NCBI RefSeq assembly: GCF_964355755.1
Contig: NC_092676.1
Coordinates: 16,076,871 to 16,140,870 of the forward strand
From: Antedon mediterranea
Lineage: Eukaryota > Animalia > Echinodermata
DNA length: 64,000 nucleotides
Reading direction: 5' to 3'
The notes under the pieces were generated by a model. It searched no databases, was not told the origin of the DNA, and saw nothing but the letters and a program-made list of their open reading frames with translations. Every line of letters begins with the position of its first letter. Position 1 is the stretch's first letter. The translations under genes were made by a program, and so were the position numbers. This document shows, piece by piece, positions 59,860 through 64,000 of the stretch.

Positions 59860-62410
59860 CATCAATCACAATATCAAATATGATCCGTGTAGTAACAATT
59901 TGATAACTTAGCATGCATCTTATAATATCTACATCATCAATAATTAATATTAATATAAATCTACATCACAATGTTGGATATGATCTTTGTAGTCAAAATT
60001 TGATAACTGAGCACACATCTTTTAATAACTACCTTATCAATAACTATTAATAATGTCCTATATCACAATGTAGGATATGATCAGTGTTAGTCATAATTTG
60101 ATAACTGAGCACGCATCTTTTAATATCTACCTCATCAATAATTAATATTAATATCATAATATATCACATTGTTCGATATGATCAGTGTAGTCAGAATTTG
60201 ATAACTGAGCACGCATCTTTTAATAAATACCTTATCAATGACTATTAATAATATCCTATATCACAATGTTGGATATGATTAGTGTAGTCATAATTTGATA
60301 ACTGAGCACACATCTTTCAATATCTATTTCCTTCATCAATAATTATTATTAATAATTTATATCACATTGTTGGATATGATCATTGTAGTCATAATTTGAT
60401 AACTGAGCACGCATCTTTTAATATCTACCTCATCAATAATTAATATTAATAATCTATATCACATTGTTCGATATGATCAGTGTAGTCATAATTTAATAAC
60501 AGCACGCATCTTTTAATATACCTTATCAATAACTATTAATAATATCCTATATCACAATGTTGGATATGATCAGTGTAGTCATAATTTTATAACTGAGCAC
60601 CCATCTTTCAATATCTATTTCATCAATAATTATTATTAATAATCTATATCACATTGTTGGTTATGATCAGTGTAGTCATAATTTGATAACTGAGCAATAA
60701 TCTTTTAATATCTACATCATCATTAATTAATATTAATAACCTATATCACATTGTTGGATATGATCTGTTTAGTTTTTTTAATATATACCTTATCAATAAC
60801 TATTAATAATATATTATATCACGTTGGATATGATCAGTGTAGTCAGAATTTGATAACTGAGCACGCATCTTTTAATATCTACCTCATCAATAATTATTAT
60901 TAATATCTTAGATCACATTGTTCGATAATGATCAGTGTAGTCAGAATTTGATAACTGAGCACGCATCTTTTAATATCTACATCATCAATAATTAATATTA
61001 ATAATCTATATCACATTGTTCGATATGATCAGTGTAGTCATAATTTGATAACTGAGCACGCATCTTTTAATATCTACCTTTCAATAATTATTATTAATAA
61101 TCTATATCACATTGTTGGATATGATCAGTGTAGTCAGAATTTGATAACTGAGCATGCATCTTTTAATATCTACCTCATCAATAATTAATATTAATAATCT
61201 ATATTGCATTGTTCAATATGATCAGTGTAGTCATAATATGATAACTGAGCATGCATCTTTTAATATCTACCTTATCAATGACTATTAATAATATCCTATA
61301 TCACAATGTTGGATATGATCAGTGTAGTCATAATTTGATAACTGAGCACGCATCTTTCAATATCTATTTCATCAATAATTATTATTAATAATTTATATCA
61401 CATTGTTGGATATGATCATTGTAGTCATAATTTGATAACTGAGCATACATCTTTAGAATTACTTTTATTTAAGTATATAAAAGAATAATCTATAATTTAC
61501 AATGTTTTATATATTGTGAATTCATCAGATATTATCTATTGAACTGATATGGTTTTGTTTATTACAGCATAGTACATACAGCACTTTATGTTATGTTATT
61601 TATTTATTATTCAACATTTTTTGTTTGGTTTTTGACGTTAGCAAATTTTTATTTTCTTTTAAGTTCTGTTATTCATTTGTTAATTTCGTAGCTTAAGTTA
61701 GTTTAAGATAAAAGGTACCAAGCTTGATTAGCTTCGGCTATACCTTGGCTACCTTTTGTATTGAAATTGTTTTTGTTTGATACAATAAAGAAGAAGAATA
61801 TCTACCTCATTAATAATTAATATTAATAATCTATATTACACTGTTGGATATGATCTGTTTGGTTTTTTAATATCTACCTTATCAATAACTATTAATAATA
61901 TCCTATATCACAATGTTGGATATGATCAGTGTAGTCATAGTTTGATAACTGAGCATGCATCTTTTAATATCTACCTCATCAATAATTATTATTAATAATC
62001 TATATCACAATGTTGGATATGATTAGTGTAGTCATAATTTGATAACTGAGCATGCATCTTTCAATATCTATTTCATCAATAATTATTATTAATAATCTAT
62101 ATCACATAGTTGGATATGATCAGTGTAGTCATAAATTGATAACTGAGCAAAAATCTTTTAATATCTGCATCATCATTAATTAATATTAATAATCTATATC
62201 AAACTGTTGGATATGATCTGTTTAGTTTTTTAATATCTATCTTTTCCATAACTATTAATAATATTCTATATCACAATTTTGGATATGATCAGTGTAATCA
62301 TAGTTTGAACTACCTCAACAATAATTAATATTAATTGTCTATATACCAATATCAAATATGATCAGTGTAGGCCTAGTCATTTGATAACTGAGCATGCATC
62401 ATTTTATATC
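59860..62410. repeat. ~97-bp satellite array
   Basis: Unit ATATCACATTGTTGGATATGATCAGTGTAGTCATAATTTGATAACTGAGCACGCATCTTTTAATATCTACCTCATCAATAATTAATATTAATAATCT. Confidence 0.95.
61455..61798 (+). mobile_element. Probable retroposon (LINE) 3' end inserted in the satellite
   Basis: Interrupts a unit at CATCTTT/AATATC; ends with a hairpin, AATAAA and (GAA)n. Confidence 0.55.
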
Positions 62411-62439
62411 TGCTTCAAATATTAATATTGTCTTAATAT

Positions 62440-64000
62440 AATAAGTGGTTTGAAGGATGATTGCAGATGGCCTTTTTTGCATTGTAAAGTTCAATTTATC
62501 CAAAAGGTCAAACTTTGACCTATTTCAATAAAATCATTTCATAAGTTGTCTTCTTTTATAGTTTTAGTGATAATCAATATTAAGTGGTTTTTTACCCCAA
62601 AAATGTCAAACCTAGAGCTATTTAATAATAAAATGATTTTATAAATTGTCTTCTTTTATATTTCTAGTAATGGTATAATCAGTATTCAATTGTTTGAATG
62701 ATGTTTGTGGGGTATTTTTTAATTAAGTTTACGCAGTTTAGATGGTAAAATCTGTCAATTATCCAAAATTGACATTTTTCACTCCTAAAAAAATCTTTGA
62801 GCCATTTCAATACAATTATTTCATAAATTGTCCTCTTTTTATGGTTCTAATAATGATATAATCAAAGTGGTTTGGATGATGTTTGTGGGGTGTTTTTTAA
62901 AAGTTTGCACAGTTTACATGGTAAAATGTGTCAATTTATTCCTAGAACTATTTCAATAAAATTATTTCATAATCACCCCAAAAATGTCAAACCTAGAACT
63001 ATTTTAATAAAATGATTTCATAAATTGTCTTCTTTTATAGTTCTAGTAGTGGTATAATCAGTATTCAATTGTTTGAATGATGTTTGTGGGGTATTTTTTA
63101 ATTAAGTTTACGCAGTTTACATGGTAAAATCTGTCAATTATCCAAAATTGACATTTTTCACTCCTAAAAAAATCTTAGAGCCATTTCAATAAAATTATTT
63201 CATAAATTGTCCTCTTTTATAGTTCTAATAATGATATAATCAATATTAAGTGGTTTGGATGATGTTTGTGGGGTGTTTTTTAAAAGTTTGCACAGTTTAC
63301 ATGGTAAAATGTGTCAATTTATACCTAGAACTATTTTAATAAAATGATTTCATAAATTGTCCTCTTTTATAGTTCTAGTAGTGGTATAATCAATATTAAG
63401 TTGTTTGGATGATGTTTGTGGGGTGTTTTTTTTAAAGTTTGCACAGTTTACATGGTAAAATCTGTCAATTTATCCAAAATTGACATTTTTCACCCTAAAA
63501 AGTCAAACTTCAGAGCTATTTCAATAAATTGATTTCAAAAATTCTCTTTTTTTACAGTTCTAGTAGTGATATAATCAATATTAAGTTGTTTGAATGATGT
63601 TTGTGGGGTTTTTTGTTAAGTTAGCATTAAGTTTACGCAGTTTACATGGCAAAATCTGTAAATTTATCCAAAATTGACATTTTTTACCCTAAAAATTCAA
63701 ACCAGAGCTATTTCAATAAAATTATTTCATAAATTGTCCTCTTTTATAGTTCTAGTAGTGGTATAATCAATATTAAGTTGTTTGGATGATGTTTGTAGGT
63801 GTTTTTTAAAAGTTTGCATTAAGTTTACGCAGTTTACATGGTAAAATCTGTAAATTTATCCAAAATTGACATTTTTTACCCTAAAAATTCAAACCTAGAG
63901 CTATTTCAATAAAATTATTTCATAAATTGTCCTCTTTTATAGTTCTAGTAGTGGTATACTCAATATTAAGTGGTTTGGATGATGTTTGTGGGGTGTTTTT
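62440..64000. repeat. ~150-195 bp tandem repeat running off the window end
   Basis: Recurrent CTATTTCAATAAAATTATTTCATAAATTGTCCTCTTTTATAGTTCTAG...GATGATGTTTGTGGGGTG...GCAGTTTACATGGTAAAATCTG. Confidence 0.93.

Overview
AT-rich animal genomic DNA, probably from an invertebrate deuterostome. The echinoderm/crinoid guess is an inference from composition, TAGGCCTA-rich promoter flanks and a Deu/Nin-type SINE. The window is dominated by one complete intron-rich intersectin gene (ITSN1/ITSN2/Dap160 family) on the minus strand. I reconstructed 42 phase-consistent coding exons from 54225 to 2987 (5619 nt, 1872 aa): EH1-EH2-coiled coil-SH3A-E-DH-PH-C2. There is a probable non-coding first exon and promoter near 57.95-58.1 kb. 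Main observations: (1) a 22-copy tandem array of an exon end plus its 5' splice site; (2) a candidate short-isoform terminal exon making a split T|GA stop, followed by an 18-bp RNA duplex that pairs fully only on the transcribed strand; (3) a 15-nt frame-preserving microexon candidate in the SH3E-DH linker; (4) an FG-repeat insertion and four symmetric adaptor-motif mini-exons; (5) competing GT/GC donors after SH3C; (6) an Academ-like transposon whose conserved PPSLS transposase motif has been amplified into a ~2 kb minisatellite; (7) nested inverted-repeat elements in the first intron. The right end is satellite DNA. Most ORFs in the supplied track are exon fragments or repeat artefacts. All comparisons to known proteins and repeat families are from recalled consensus, not database searches.
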